Positions 13,267 through 32,209 are shown, counted from the first letter of the stretch. The stretch is DNA of 64,000 bases from Octopus vulgaris (GCA_951406725.2 OX597837.1:30442001-30506000), one strand, 5' to 3'. Numbers and translations: made by a program. Notes: a model not told the origin generated them from the letters alone.

Positions 13267-13600
13267 AAGGCGGCGAGCTGGCAGAATCGTTAGCACGCCG
13301 GGCGAAATGCGTAGCCGTATTTCGTCTGCCGTTACGTTCTGAGTTCAAATTCCGCCGAGGTCGACTTTGCCTTTCATCATTAAATAAGTACCAGTGACGC
13401 ACTGGGGTCGATATAATCGACTTAATCCCTTTGTCTGTCCTTGTTTGTCCCCTCTGTGTGTAGCCCCTTGTGAGCAGTAAAGAAATAGGTATCTACGGAA
13501 AATCTACGGGGACGTAAACACACCAGCATCTGTTGTCAAGTAATGCTAGGGGGACAAACACAGACACACAAACACTCTCAAAACACACACACACACACAC

Positions 13601-13667
<67 letters not shown>

Positions 13668-13832
13668 TACGACAGGCTTCTTTCAGTTTCCGTCTACCAA
13701 ATCGACTCATAAGGCTTTTGTCGGCCCGGGACTATAGCAGAAGACACTTGCCCAAGATGCCACGCAGTGGGACTGAACCCGGAACCATGTGGTTGGTAAG
13801 CAAGCTACTTACCACACAGCCACTCCTGCGCC
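13267..13832. mobile_element. SINE B (+) abutting SINE A (-)
   Basis: Matches to both family consensus sequences seen elsewhere in the window. Confidence 0.7.
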
Positions 13833-13868
<36 letters not shown>

Positions 13869-13976
13869 CATTTATGTGTATGTTTGTGTGTGTGTGTGTG
13901 TGTGTGTGTACCGAAACACTCATAAGCACACAAACATCCCTATACATATGAATGCTTGTATATCTATATACAGTCG

Positions 13977-14029
<53 letters not shown>

Positions 14030-14191
14030 ACACAAACGTACTGATACGCACGCGCATTGAACAGTCCATTCACGGTGAAACGCAAGTTTTTTTTTATTGA
14101 ATGAAACCAAATTACAGGGTGGTACAAAAAGGTTAAAATGACACTGAGATAAAAAGAAAAAGCGGGCAAATAGCAACTGTACTTAAAGAAA

Positions 14192-14688
14192 TCTTTATAT
14201 ATAAAAGAGAAGTTGTGTGTCTGTGCCCTACAATTTAGATTCCTAACTACTCCCACATTTTGCGGTGCAGTTTAACCAAAAGCGGGTATCTTATAGTCGT
14301 GATTCATATCGAGCCCTTCTGGGTATTAGCTCGCGTCTACGATGAGCCTACGATTTAAAAAAAAATTTACCATCATTTTTTTCCATTTTGATGCATTTTT
14401 TCGCTATTATATAAGGGAAGTAACTCTCTAAAAATGTCTACGATGAGTCAACGATTTAAAAAAAATTACCATCATTTTTTTCCATTTTGATGCATTTTTT
14501 CGCTATTATATAAGGGAAGTAACTCTCTAAAAATGTCTACTATGAGTCAACGATTAAGAAAAAATTTACCATCATTTTTTTTCCATTTTTGATGCATTTT
14601 CTTTGCTATTTTTTGGCTATAATTCTCTAAAAATGCTTATATAGTTATTTCCCTTACAAATCCGAGCAACGGCGGGCGATACTGCAAG
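14192..14688 (+). mobile_element. Non-autonomous Helitron
   Basis: Same family as 923-1319, with internal tandem units and degenerate CAAG end. Absent from the paralogous block near 37825. Confidence 0.75.
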
Positions 14689-15268
14689 AAATATAAAAAG
14701 TATAAAGATAAATTAGAATAGATTTCGTTTTTAATCAGTGAAATTTCGGGTGGAAATTGAACTATGTGAAAATAGTAGTAAAAGAATTAAATTTCGCTTT
14801 TGCCACAACTGAGATCGATAAAATAAAGACTCAATCAAGGACTGCGATCGATTTTAATCAACTATAACGAACTTAGAGACCTTGAACCTATAAGTTCCAA
14901 TCAAGTACCGAGATCGATCACATATACATGCTGTTGTCGTCTTCTTCTTCTTCTTCTTCTTCTTCTTCTTCTTCTTCTTCTTCTTCTTCTTCTTCTTCTT
15001 CTTCTCTTCTTCTTCTTCTTCTTTCTTCTTCTTCTTCTCCTTCTTCTTCCACTCAGGACTCACGCCATTAGCCACAGATAATAATCTCTAATCCGAGCCT
15101 CCTCTAAGCTACTAAGAATGAGTGTGACAACTTGAAGATCCACCCACCACACGCGATAGACTGGCGGTTGCACGGGCGCGAAAGCTACGTTGTTATCCTC
15201 ATTCCGTAAACGGTGGCTTTTTTAATGGGTGGAGAGCTGAACCATCTCTCTCTCTCTCTCTCTCTCTC

Positions 15269-15327
<59 letters not shown>

Positions 15328-15358
15328 CATATATATATATACATATATATACATATAT

Positions 15359-15408
<50 letters not shown>

Positions 15409-15419
15409 TATATAGAAGG

Positions 15420-15470
15420 AGCTTCTACAGGACTAGAACTGTTTCATTCAAGAGAAATCTTCAGGAAGCT
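15420..15470 (-). ncRNA. Minimal type I hammerhead motif (left palindrome end)
   Basis: Reverse complement of 18409-18459. Confidence 0.55.
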
Positions 15471-16073
15471 AGTTAACAAGAATTGTATTGGCATTTATAC
15501 ATTTAGGCAGGTTTAAAGGGGTGGTGGTGGGGGACTTTTTGGGGGTAGGCCTAGCGCAAAATATCATACTTGGGGGAGTGATCAAGGAGTCAGTGTTAAA
15601 TTAGATAAAAGAATAAATAAAAAATAAAAAAATAAAAAATATATATATATATAAAAATATATATAAAAAAAAGGATAGAGTTTTAGGTAAATAAGGAGAT
15701 TCTCACTTATACCTATGCACATATGTATACATATATACACACACATACAAACATATATACATATACATACACACATACATACATACACACACATATACAT
15801 ATATATACACTTACACATACATATACATATCTACACATACACATAAATGTATACATACACACACTCACATGCATACACGTACACACACATGTATATATAC
15901 ACACCCGACCACACATACATATACACACAGAAAAATATCTATACACATACACACACATACACACATACACACACATACACACACATATCCACACACACAC
16001 ATGCACACACAGCACACTAGTCCCTATATACACATATATATACACATACACACACATATACATATACATACAT

Positions 16074-16120
<47 letters not shown>

Positions 16121-16976
16121 CATATGTCTACCTATACATACCTACACATACACACATATATATACATACAAATACAGACCCATTCCCTAATTTTAATTTT
16201 ATTATCTTCATTTATTACTTTTGTTATCTTTGACCGCTGGTCACAAACATCTTGGCTATGACAGCCAGTCCGTTTATCTGTCTACTTGAAAACAAGCACT
16301 CATTCACTCACGCACACTCTTTAGCACGTACACTCACTCATTCGTACACTCATACACATACACGCACGCACGCGTTATATTCATACATACATACATCTAC
16401 ATACATTCACGTATATACACATACGTACGCGTACCTACAGATTCATGTCTACACTCTTAGAAGGCTTGTCTATACATATACACCAATAAATATATATACA
16501 CACACATACATATACACCTACATACAAATACATACATATATATATATATATATTCACACATATATACACACACATATATATATATATACATATATATACA
16601 TATATACACATATATATATATATATATACACACATACACATACATACACATACACACATACACATACATACGTATACATACATACATACATACATACATC
16701 CATACATACATACATTTATACACATACACACACCCACGTATACATATACATACATGCATGAATATAAGGAGGCGCGTGTGTGTGTGTGTATGTGTAAGCA
16801 TAGATATTTGTATACTTTTACGCATGTGTGTACTTATGTGTATATATGGATGCGCGCGTGTGTGTGTATGGGTACGCATGTACATGTGTATGTGCGTGTA
16901 TGTGTATATGAGTATGTATGTATGTGTGTGCGTATATTTGTATATGTATGTATGTATATGTACGTGTGTGTATGTA

Positions 16977-17027
<51 letters not shown>

Positions 17028-17232
17028 GTGTGTATGTGTATGTATGTATCTGTATATGCGTATGTGTATGTATTTGTATGTGTATGCATGCGCGTATATG
17101 CATGTATGTATATGTATACGTGTGGGTGTGTGTATGTGTATAAATGTATGTATGTATGGATGTATGGATGTATGTATGTATGTATGTATACGTATGTATG
17201 TGTATGTGTGTATGTGTATGTATGTGTATGTG

Positions 17233-17319
<87 letters not shown>

Positions 17320-17322
17320 ATA

Positions 17323-17365
<43 letters not shown>

Positions 17366-17772
17366 TTGTATGTAGGTGTATATGTATGTGTGTGTATATA
17401 TATTTATTGGTGTATATGTATAGACAAGCCTTCTAAGAGTGTAGACATGAATCTGTAGGTACGCGTACGTATGTGTATATACGTGAATGTATGTAGATGT
17501 ATGTATGTATGAATATAACGCGTGCGTGCGTGTATGTGTATGAGTGTACGAATGAGTGAGTGTACGTGCTGAAGAGTGTGCGTGAGTGAATGAGTGCTTG
17601 TTTTCAAGTAGACAGATAAACGGACTGGCTGTCATAGCCAAGATGTTTGTGACCAGCGGTCAAAGATAACAAAAGTAATAAATGAAGATAATAAAATTAA
17701 AATTAGGGAATGGGTCTGTATTTGTATGTATATATATGTGTGTATGTGTAGGTATGTATAGGTACACATATG

Positions 17773-17823
<51 letters not shown>

Positions 17824-18408
17824 ATGTATGTATATGTATATGTGTGTGTATGTGTATATATATGTGTATATAGGGACTAGTGTGCTGTGTGTGCATGTGT
17901 GTGTGTGGATATGTGTGTGTATGCGTGTATTTGTGTATGTGTGTGTATGTGTATAGATATTTTTCTGTGTGTATATGTATGTGTGGTCGGGTGTGTATAT
18001 ATACATGTGTGTGTACGTGTATGCATGTGAGTGTGTGTATGTATACATTTATGTGTATGTGTAGATATGTATATGTATGTGTAAGTGTATATATATGTAT
18101 ATGTGTGTGTATGTATGTATGTGTGTATGTATATGTATATATGTTTGTATGTGTGTGTATATATGTATACATATGTGCATAGGTATAAGTGAGAATCTCC
18201 TTATTTACCTAAAACTCTATCCTTTTTTTTATATATATTTTTTTATATATATATTTTTTTTTTTATTCTTTTATCTAATTTAACACTGACTCCTTGACCA
18301 CTCCCCAAGTATGATATTTTGCGCTAGGCCTACCCCCCAAAAAGTCCCCCACCACCACCCCTTTAAACCTGCCTAAATGTATAAATGCCAATACAATTCT
18401 TGTTAACT

Positions 18409-18459
18409 AGCTTCCTGAAGATTTCTCTTGAATGAAACAGTTCTAGTCCTGTAGAAGCT
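18409..18459 (+). ncRNA. Minimal type I hammerhead motif (right palindrome end)
   Basis: agcttc-CTGAAGA-tttc tctt gaat-GAAA-cag ttctagtc ctg-TA-gaagct. Stem I 6 bp, GUA cleavage triplet, weak stem II with T.T at its base. Confidence 0.55.
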
Positions 18460-18542
18460 CCTTCTATATAATAAATTAATTTTACTCTGCTATGTATTGA
18501 GTACCTTATTTACTGTGGTTAACCCCGAATCAACCAGGGACC

Positions 18543-22410
<3,868 letters not shown>

Positions 22411-23534
22411 TCTTCAGAACCATAAACAAATACACGTGCGTTTTTTGACAAGTATGGTACTCGTATCAAAATTTAGCGCATATTTTTATACCCCAGGACC
22501 AGTGAATTGACCAAATGTGTCAAGTTCAAATCATTAATGTCTCAGGCTTGAGGTATTTCACCTGGATCTTTATGTACTCAATAAAAATTACAGTGAAGTA
22601 ATATTTATTTTTCACCCTACCAAGGGTCGATGTAGTGTGTTTATTGGTCTTATACAAATATACTTGCATGCCCGTATACATACATGCGTAGGTGTGTGCG
22701 TACAACATACATACATACATACATACATACATACATACATACATACATACATACATACATACGTACATACATATATACATACATACATACATATATACAT
22801 GCATGCAAGCGTAGTGGAAATCAACCGAGCAAAACCACTCCCGCATTAAGTCCGTGCAAACGTTCCAAGTGTCCGAGAAGAGTCCGAGTGGAGGGAGAGA
22901 GGGACGGAGAGGGAGACGGAGAGGGAGAGAGAGAGGGACGGAGAGGGAGAGAGAGAGACGGAGAGGGAGAGAGAGGGACGGAGAGAAGGAGCTTCTACAG
23001 GACTAGAACTGTTTCATTCAAAAGAAATATATATATATATGCACACAGACCTTACTAACAGCTTACTTACAACATATGTTACATGCACACATACACATGA
23101 ATAAGTGTGAGAGTGACGAAGAAATGAGGAAGTTAATGGTGTGATGTGGATGTGCTAGAAACAACAGTTAAATCTTCCTTAAATCACGCATCTTTCCGTC
23201 TGAAAATAGTTACATGTTTTTCTTTTTCTTCTTTTTTTTTTCTTTTACCGAAAAGGCTTCTCCCATGATTTTTAAGTGCGTTGTGCCAAACAAAATTGGC
23301 CAAAATCGGTCCGGAAAAGGGAAGCGGGGCTGCTGGGGGTGGCGTGTGTGGGGTGGATGGCGAAACAATATTAAAAATTGCCCCAATTTTTCATGATGTT
23401 CCCCATCATTTCGAAGAAGGTGATAAAAAAAAAAAAGATTTGAAAAAAATCCCCGCCAAAATGGAGAATATCCAAATGATACCAAAATTAACGAAATTTA
23501 AAGTTTTTTTTACACACAATTACTGTGAACGGTG

Positions 23535-23566
<32 letters not shown>

Positions 23567-23646
23567 TGTATGGTATGTATGTCTGTTGGGATCTTTTTTT
23601 TTGAAAGCCAGATTTAGGAAAATCTGGCTTTCAAAAAGAAAAGATC

Positions 23647-23920
23647 CGTTCAGTCCACTGCGTGGCATCTTGGGCAAGTGTCTTCTGCTATAGCCCCGGG
23701 CCGGCCAATACCATGTGAGTGGATTTGGTAGACGGAAACTGAAAGAAGCCTGTCGTATATATGTATGTATAGATATATATATATGTGTGTGTATGTGTTT
23801 GTGTGTCTGTGTTTGTCCCCATAGCATTGCTTGACAACCGATGCTGGTGTGTTTACGTCCCCGTAACTTAGCGGTTCGGCAAAAGAAACCGATAGAATAA
23901 GTACTGGGCTTACAAAGAGT
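23647..23920 (+). mobile_element. SINE family A, truncated
   Basis: Matches the family consensus. Confidence 0.7.
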
Positions 23921-24214
23921 AAAAGAGTAAGTGAATAATGGCCTGAGATTCAGCATGAAAACTTACATCCAACACATCAACACACCAAATTTGAAAATTT
24001 TCCCTTAAATTTAAAATTTCAAAAAGTGAGGGCAAACAGGAAAGATTCTCATTTTCTCTCACCACCACTTCCTCATATCTGAACGTCTCCACTCACACAC
24101 TTTTGAAACGTCCCCTTCTATCCTCTCTGTGCTACTTATACTCCACACCAACACCACCACCACCTCTGTTCCCAACAAATAAGCCCCAATACATCTCCAG
24201 CACCATCTGTTTTC

Positions 24215-24629
24215 GAATCTTTTCGGTTTGAACGGCAGTTTTTTCTAGCGGTGTCATATAAAATTGTCACCCATAATTATGACCCTAGTATCGATCTATT
24301 GCATTCCAATCTGTTTTAGGGTTAGGGTTAGGGGGAAGGGTATCTTTTTTTCTTCAGAAAATTAAATAAACCCAATCTGTTTCTTAAATGAGGGACATAT
24401 TCATACGGCACAGAATGTTTTTTTTACCTCAATAGACGGTATTTGATTAGTTGAAATTGCCGAAATGCAAGAAATTAAGGACCAAGTATCTTACAAACTA
24501 TAGAATTTTCTCAATAAAGTCAAGAGAAAAAGATGTTTTATAAACACATTCTACCAGTATACGAAGTTTAAAATTTTTTCAGTTACCTAGAAATTATGTT
24601 AAAAACTGCCGTTCAAACCGAAAAGATCC
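24215..24629. mobile_element. MITE with ~28 bp TIRs, 8 bp TSD and internal TTAGGG repeats
   Basis: TIR (g)atcttttcggtttgaacggcagttttt. TSD ctgttttc at 24207-24214 and 24630-24637. Confidence 0.85.
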
Positions 24630-25248
24630 CTGTTTTCTCTCTATCTCTTCTCTACCTCTTTCTCCCCTTTCAAGTATTCCCTCTATAATAAGACAACTAT
24701 CTCTGCCCGTCTATTATACACTAACCCCGTGCTGCCCAACGTCCGGCCCACGAAGCCTTCGAATCCGGCCCGTTATTCCGGTCGTCAACTTATTCCTTAA
24801 TATTAACGCCGAAGTTTACTGCTGTAATTTTTCTTCGATGAATAAATAAACAGTTTGTGAAGCAGCTCGCAACTCAGCGCTCTGTGTACGTTTTGCGTGT
24901 GTATAGCCTGTCACCATAGAAATTAATTTTATGTTTTGTTTGTCCATATCACTAGAGGCAACTCGCTCGCAGAAGTTCCACCGCATCTCCTAGTGGGGGC
25001 GGCATGACATGTTTTCTTTTTTACCGTCTCCGCCCCCAAGTGAGGTGCTCCCTGCGAGACACGCCTTCCTCTCTCCACCCCAAACAAGGGCCATGAGCAC
25101 TGGCACTGTGTAAGCAACACTTCATAAATACACACACTGCGTTAACCTGAAAGCATAGAAACTGACTCCCACGCTCACTCGTACAAACAAAATATGAAAA
25201 TTATTTCTATCTGAAAAATTCGTGACGTCCGGCCTCTCTTTTCTTTTC

Positions 25249-25667
25249 GGATCTTTTCGGTTTGAACGGCAGTTTTTTCTAGCGGTGTCATATGAAATTG
25301 TCACCCATAATTATGACCCTAGTATCGATCTATTGCATTTCAATCTGTTTTAGGGTTAGGGTTAGGGGTGGGGGAAGGGTATCTTTTTTTCTTCACAAAT
25401 GTAAATAAACACAATCTGTTTCTTAAATGAGGGATATATTCATACGGCAAAGAATGTTTTTTTTACCTCAATAGACGTGAGTGATTGGTTGAAATTGCAG
25501 AAACTGAAGAAAAAACAACAACAAATATCTTACAAACTATAGAATTTTCTCTATAAAGCCAAGAGAAAAAGATGTTTTATAAACACATTCTACCAGTATA
25601 CGAAGTTTAAAATTTTTTAGTTACCTAGAAATTATGTTAAAAACTGCCGTTCAAACCGAAAAGATCC
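25249..25667. mobile_element. Second copy of the same MITE
   Basis: Perfect TIRs GGATCTTTTCGGTTTGAACGGCAG... No TSD visible. Confidence 0.8.
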
Positions 25668-26210
25668 ATAGCATACTTTTCTGTTAGTAAATATGCTTTT
25701 TCTAACACACACATACACACATTCTCAGTTTTATATATAAAGATTATGTAGATAGGGTTAAAATTCAAGTTGTGTCCTCTTGAAGCACATCTGCTTATAC
25801 CAGTGTTCCAAATCCATATGTAGATGTTATATTTGTGTAAGATTTGCATAAGAGTTCAAAATTCTGGGAAATACTTTTTGCAGAGTAATTATAGTAATTA
25901 TATATCAGAACAGGAAACTGAAAAATTTTTGGTATCATTTATCCACCATTACACATGTTTCATTTGTTAATAGGGGTTACAAAATTGTAAATATAGAAGA
26001 AACATGTAAGGCATTTCCTATCAGAAATTTTGCAAACAGAAAATTTAATATTTCGAGATTAATACAACACTGTATCAAGGTGCGTGTTAAAATTGTAACA
26101 AGATTGTGGCACACAGTAAAGGGGACTATTATATGATGAAAGTTACACAAACAACACCTGTCACCAGCAGATCTTAATTTTCATTTTCTCACCTTTTCTT
26201 TCTACTTTAG

Positions 26211-26238
26211 TGGAATTATCACCCAAATCGTCCACAAT
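26211..26238 (+). CDS. TNF-like gene B, micro-exon 2 (WNYHPNRPQ)
   Basis: tactttag acceptor, caat|gtaagt donor, 28 nt, phase 0 to 1, paralogous flanks. Confidence 0.75.
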
Positions 26239-26397
26239 GTAAGTTATTTTCATAATTTCACTTTCAATATTCTCAATAAAATTATCTAACACTGTAACCT
26301 ATTGTAGAGTTAATCAAATCACTAAACATGTCCTCGATACATTACAATCTTAAAATAGGCAACAATTTTTTTAATTTTGAAAATAAGAGACATTCTA

Positions 26398-26559
26398 AGG
26401 CGCAGGAGTGGCTGTGGTAAGTAGCTTGTTTACCAACCACATGGTTCCGGGTTCAGTCCCACTGCGTGGCACCTTGGGCAAGTGTCTTCTACTATAGCCT
26501 CGGGCCGACCAAAGCCTTGTGAGTGGATTTGGTAGATGGAAACTGAAAGAAGCCCGTCG

Positions 26560-26618
<59 letters not shown>

Positions 26619-26812
26619 AGTGTGTCTGTGTTTGTCCCCGTAGCATTGCTTGACAACAGATGCTGGTGTGTTTATGTCCCCGTCACTTAGCGGTTTGACA
26701 AAAGAGACCGATAGAATAAGTACTGGGCTTACAAAGAATAAGTCCTGATTTGCTCGATTAAAGGTGGTGCTCCAGCATGGCCGCAGTCAAATGACTGAAA
26801 AAAGTAAAGAGT
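26398..26812 (+). mobile_element. tRNA-derived SINE family A, full length
   Basis: A-box-like tggctgtggta, B-box ggttcagtccc, central (AT)n, tail gactgaaacaagtaaaagagta. About 15 copies in the window. Confidence 0.8.
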
Positions 26813-27264
26813 ACTAAAGAAATAAATGGCAAAAATACCCACATCATTAAATATATGAATGAAATGTCTACAAGGATTAACTGGACCATGGCTTTAGATG
26901 ACACTTTGATAGGATGAAGCCTCCTGTACATGTTTGCTAGAATTGTACTATCAGTCTCAGCAAGGCATCGCTGCTGTACAACTGACCATATCAAAGCTCA
27001 TGAAACTACAATGTGATGGGTGTAATATATAGATATTTATAAAGTCTTGGCTCTCTTTCATTAATGATAAATAATTATTCTCTATGCACATCATTTTCGT
27101 TATGATAATAATGATTGCATTACAGTTAATATGTTGTATAGTTATTTATTAGATGATAATCTGAAGTATTCAATATAGGAAATACATTCTTCTGTCTTAG
27201 TCTTCTGTCAGATATTAAACCTGTATTCAAATATATGTTTCTCACTGTCTGTTTTTTTTCTCAG

Positions 27265-27312
27265 CTTACTATGCCATGTTCCACCTGAAAACAAGTCATT
27301 ACACACCGTCGG
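27265..27312 (+). CDS. TNF-like gene B, micro-exon 3 (SYYAMFHLKTSHYTPS)
   Basis: ttctcag acceptor, gg|gtaaac donor, 48 nt, phase 1-1, FHLKT shared with gene A. Confidence 0.75.
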
Positions 27313-27454
27313 GTAAACAAATTTATACAGATTTTTCTCATAATTTGAATTATCCCCTTAAATAACTACAGTTACAGATTTAAACAATGGTTATAGCATT
27401 AATTAAAATACTTTCATTATAGACGTAGGAGTGACTGTGTGGTAAGTAGCTTTA

Positions 27455-28300
<846 letters not shown>

Positions 28301-29204
28301 AAAAATATCATATAATATAAAAATTAGTACGTGAGTCAAACACAATTTTATATGCTAATTATCAGATAACGTTAAATAAAATTGCAAAAGACCCCAAAAA
28401 ATTTCCATTGGCATAGAACAACCAAAAAGCAACTCAGACAATCAAGCTGACCTTTGTATTTTCACAAATAAAATCATCTACCAGTCATACATATGTGTGT
28501 ATGTGTGTGTGTGTATATATATATATATACACACACACATGTACACACAGAAAACAGACACACATACATGCACATACACACACACACACATATATATGTA
28601 CAACGGTTGGACAAAATAATGGAAACACCTAGTATCATAATTTTGAAATATCTATAAAACCATCAAATACTTATTTTCATGTTTTTTTTTTTATTTATTA
28701 TTAGTGTTGCTTAATATGTTTTGATAAAATTGCTGTTTCTTTCCAGACATCATCAGAAAAAGGTAATTGAAATTCATTAAAATGACTGATCTATAATTAA
28801 GGATGAAATCATAAGATTTTATCAAGTAGACAGCATGTAATAAAACCCATATCGGTAACAATTGATTCAAGTATATAATTATGTAATTATAATTATAATA
28901 AAGGCACTAATGAATAGCACCACATGATAGAAATAGACACCAAATGATTCTAAAAACTACATTATGTACTCCATTAGCACTGGTTGAAAGCAAGAAAAAT
29001 GAACAAAGAAGATTTTTTTTAAAAAGAGTTAACTATAGATCAATTTCTAGCTTAGACATATAAAATCCTTTTGCTGTCATCAGTACATGCTTCATTTTAT
29101 GTAACCCTACACTGTCTTGTACCATTACCAATGTTTCTTTTTTTGTGAACTTTTAGTGGTTAATAAAGAAAACATTATGATTGTTATTCATTTTTCTTTT
29201 TCAG

Positions 29205-29578
29205 AGGAAGCTTCTTATTTACAGTGGGTGAAAGAAGAAGGCGACTTTAAATTGGTTGATGGAACTTACATTTTTATACCTCAAGATGGGATTTACGAAA
29301 TATCGTGTACAGTGCAATTGCACATTCCGAAAAATTCTACTGCAGCAATTTATACCTTGGTGTTGGAGAGAAAATATAATGGAAAACATTCTGTGTTTAT
29401 GAAGAAAAGACCCAGCATTTTAAATACACCGGAACATGCCATTGTACAATTATCGTTTAAATACAAACTTAAATTTAACGATGAAATCTTTTTGAAAATA
29501 AACAAAGCGAAATTTGTCAGGCCCAATATGCCCTCAAGTTACTTGTCTATCTCTAGCTTATACCTAAATAGTCTTTAA
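29205..29578 (+). CDS. TNF-like gene B, terminal exon 4 (TNF homology domain)
   Basis: tttttcag acceptor. Reads EASYLQW..FIPQDGIYEISCTVQL..PSSYLSISSL. Roughly 45% identical to gene A exon 4 by eye alignment. Confidence 0.8.
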
Positions 29579-29599
29579 TAAAACATTAGTGTTGTGTAA

Positions 29600-30372
29600 C
29601 CCTTTCATTACCAGCCCGGCTGAACCGGTCGAGAATCTAAGCTTTTTATATGCAACACATTTTCTGTTGTAGTTTTCGCAACTTGCAATCGATTTTCACC
29701 AAACTCATGGTGAAGCTTAATGTTACCCTAAGAAACTTAATTTTCCATGCAATACCTTGCCATCAGAAAAAATTGATAAAATCATGCCATTTTGGGAAAT
29801 CGCGTTCAAATTCAAGATGACATATTTTCGACAATATCTTTCACAAATTGGCAGGAATTTTTTTTAAATTCACAGCGAGCATCATGTCTACTCCAAGGAG
29901 CTATATGGTCCTTTTTATTCCAATAGGATACTTTATTACTGGAAAAAAATCCGTTAATTAAGTAAATGGCTGATCAGCCTTTCGTTACTGTATTTATTTT
30001 GAGATGTTCTGTGTTTCTTTGAGTTACTTTAAATATAACAAAGAATTTAGTAAAATAACTTAGTTATCGTTCAGCTAGAGTTAGGAACTTAAATTGTGAT
30101 TAAGGTTTGATGGAAGATTTTAATTCAAAACTTATGAAAACAAAACATTTGTACTACAGAGCCAGAGCCGGTTTCAGCCGGGCTGGTAATGAAATTTATC
30201 GAATTTTTTCAGAACTGGAGGAACTTTTCAAAATTTTCGCTGCGTTAGTTTTGAATTATGACATTGGGCTATGTGTGTGTCAAGTTTCATCAGAATTGGT
30301 TGAAAGCTGTGGTCAGGTTGAGGGTAGAACCTGACAGACACAGACAGACAAACTGCCATTTATATAGAGAGA
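29600..30372. mobile_element. Composite of a TIR element and Helitron fragments
   Basis: TIR tttcattaccagcccggctgaa at ~29602 and its complement at ~30173-30194. 30195-30372 is the reverse complement of the 7922 Helitron 5' end. Confidence 0.55.
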
Positions 30373-30415
30373 TGATGTAATTCTTTACTGACTAATAAAA
30401 ATATTATTATTATTA

Positions 30416-30472
<57 letters not shown>

Positions 30473-30889
30473 CTTTAATTATTATTATTTATATCTTTAA
30501 TGTACTTTATAATCTTTGTTAATGCCTGCAGCCTCAATAAATTGAATTGTAAGATTCTAATAATTTACATTAAGGTTTTTATAATTGTATTCTTATCTTA
30601 TATGTATTGAATTTTAATGCTCTGCCTGGCTCAGGAATTGAAACCATGATATTGTGATCATGAATGCAATACACAAGCCACTATTCATGCACCTTGTCTT
30701 TTGGAGTTATGCAATCACAGTTGAAAGTTTTTTTAATATTTATCTAAAGTTTAACATAAAAGTGATATATTTATACCCACAAATCAAATCATTGTAATTT
30801 TCTAAATTATGAATAAATATAGTCATTAACTATTCTTCTTCTTCTTCTTCTTCTTATTATTATTATTATTATTATTTTTTTTTTTTTTT

Positions 30890-32125
30890 TCTTCTTCTTT
30901 CAAATTTGCTTCCATTTCTTGCCGAGTGTCTTCCCGACTCCTAGGGCAAAGAAACTCATAGTATACATTGGTAGGCCATTAAACCAAACTCAATAGTTCG
31001 TTCATTTTAAATTAAAATACATGAGCAGCAACAGTTCTCACATCGACAATGCTCTTCTCAATACGTGTGATGTACCAGTTAAGACAATCTTTTGCACTTC
31101 TTGCAGGGATGGTAAGCCAGGGATCATTCTCATATAATTTTCGGTTCCCTTCTTGATCATTCCTAGTGCTCCTACGATCACTGGTATTGTAACCGCCTTG
31201 AGATGCCACATTTTCTCAATTTCAATGAGTAGGTCTTTATATTTTCTGAGCTTGTCAAACTCTTTCGCTGAGATATTATGATCACAGGGGATGCTCATGT
31301 CGATCAATAAGCAAACTTTATTGTTTTGGTCTTTCACAACAATATCTGGTTTATTGGCCTTGATGGTTCGGTCTGTATGTACTGGAAAGTCCCACAGAAT
31401 GGTTACATTTTCTCCTTCAGTTACAGCCTCAGGGTGGTGATTATACCACTTGTCGGCAGTTTTGATATTGTAATGCCGACTTATTAGCCAGTGTAGATAT
31501 TGGCCAACTCTGTCATGTCTTAATTTATACTCCACTGGAGCTAAGACTTTACATCCAGAGATTAGGTGGTCCACTGTTTCAATCATGTCGTTGCAGAATC
31601 GGCATTTTGGGTCTGCTCCATTTTTCATCACATTGGCCTGGTAGTTCCGGGTTAATAGGCTTTGATCTTGAGCAGCCAGGATGAAACTTCGCTCTCTGCT
31701 TTTAGCCCTGAGCTCCGTAGCCACTGATGGGTTTGCTTCTGGTCAACATCAGCTTGTTTGCTGCGGGTCACATATTTGCCGTGCAGAGGTTTCTCCTCCC
31801 ACCTATCAGCCAATTGCTCGTGCACTTTTTTCGTTGCCATTATTTTCACCTTCTTTGCAACAATAATTGCCGTACTTCCCTCGGGTTGTTCTGTTTGGGT
31901 ATCCTGCACGAGATCAATAGCAAATTTTTTGCTTTCCTTTATGATAGAATGAAGCTTCTTTCGTCTCTCGTGATTTTCCACGAGCTTTAGCATCCAGTCA
32001 TTCGATATTTCGAGATATTTGGCCAGTCCAATTGTGGTTGTTTTGTAAGCTAGTTCAAATTGGATCAGGCCTCGACCTCCTTGGGCTCTGGGAAGGTAAA
32101 GGCGATCTACGTCTGCCTTTGGGTG

Positions 32126-32126
<1 letters not shown>
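30890..32126 (-). mobile_element. R4/Dong-like non-LTR retrotransposon, 5'-truncated, with restriction-like endonuclease
   Basis: CCHC knuckle CRFCNDMIETVDHLISGC, RHD, KPDIVV..LIDMSIP, KLRKY, VGALG. Flanked on both sides by (TAA)n. Confidence 0.85.
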
Positions 32127-32169
<43 letters not shown>

Positions 32170-32171
32170 CA

Positions 32172-32203
<32 letters not shown>

Positions 32204-32209
32204 TTCATT

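Larger units (their letters stand above)
15400..18476. repeat. ~3 kb palindrome (arms ~15400-16757 and ~17090-18476)
   Basis: Unique segments recur as near-exact reverse complements: 15411-15720 vs 18175-18470, and 16160-16470 vs 17420-17720. Confidence 0.9.

Noticed and set aside
15582-18283. Long ORFs (up to 394 aa) of YI/HT/CV repeats, and similar ORFs across the window
   Set aside because: They are translations of (AT)n/(CA)n/(TACA)n microsatellites, which lack stop codons in several frames.
24451-24480. ttgaaattgccgaaATG resembling the exon 1 start context for gene B
   Set aside because: It lies inside a MITE, no TM-encoding frame follows, and the second MITE copy lacks the ATG.
26398-26470. 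tRNA genes at SINE heads
   Set aside because: A/B boxes are present, but there is no complete cloverleaf and each is attached to a repeated SINE body.
26758-26994. Antisense ORF across the conserved intron block
   Set aside because: Differences from the gene A copy are mostly non-synonymous, and the gene C copy has a 2 nt insertion, so there is no coding constraint.
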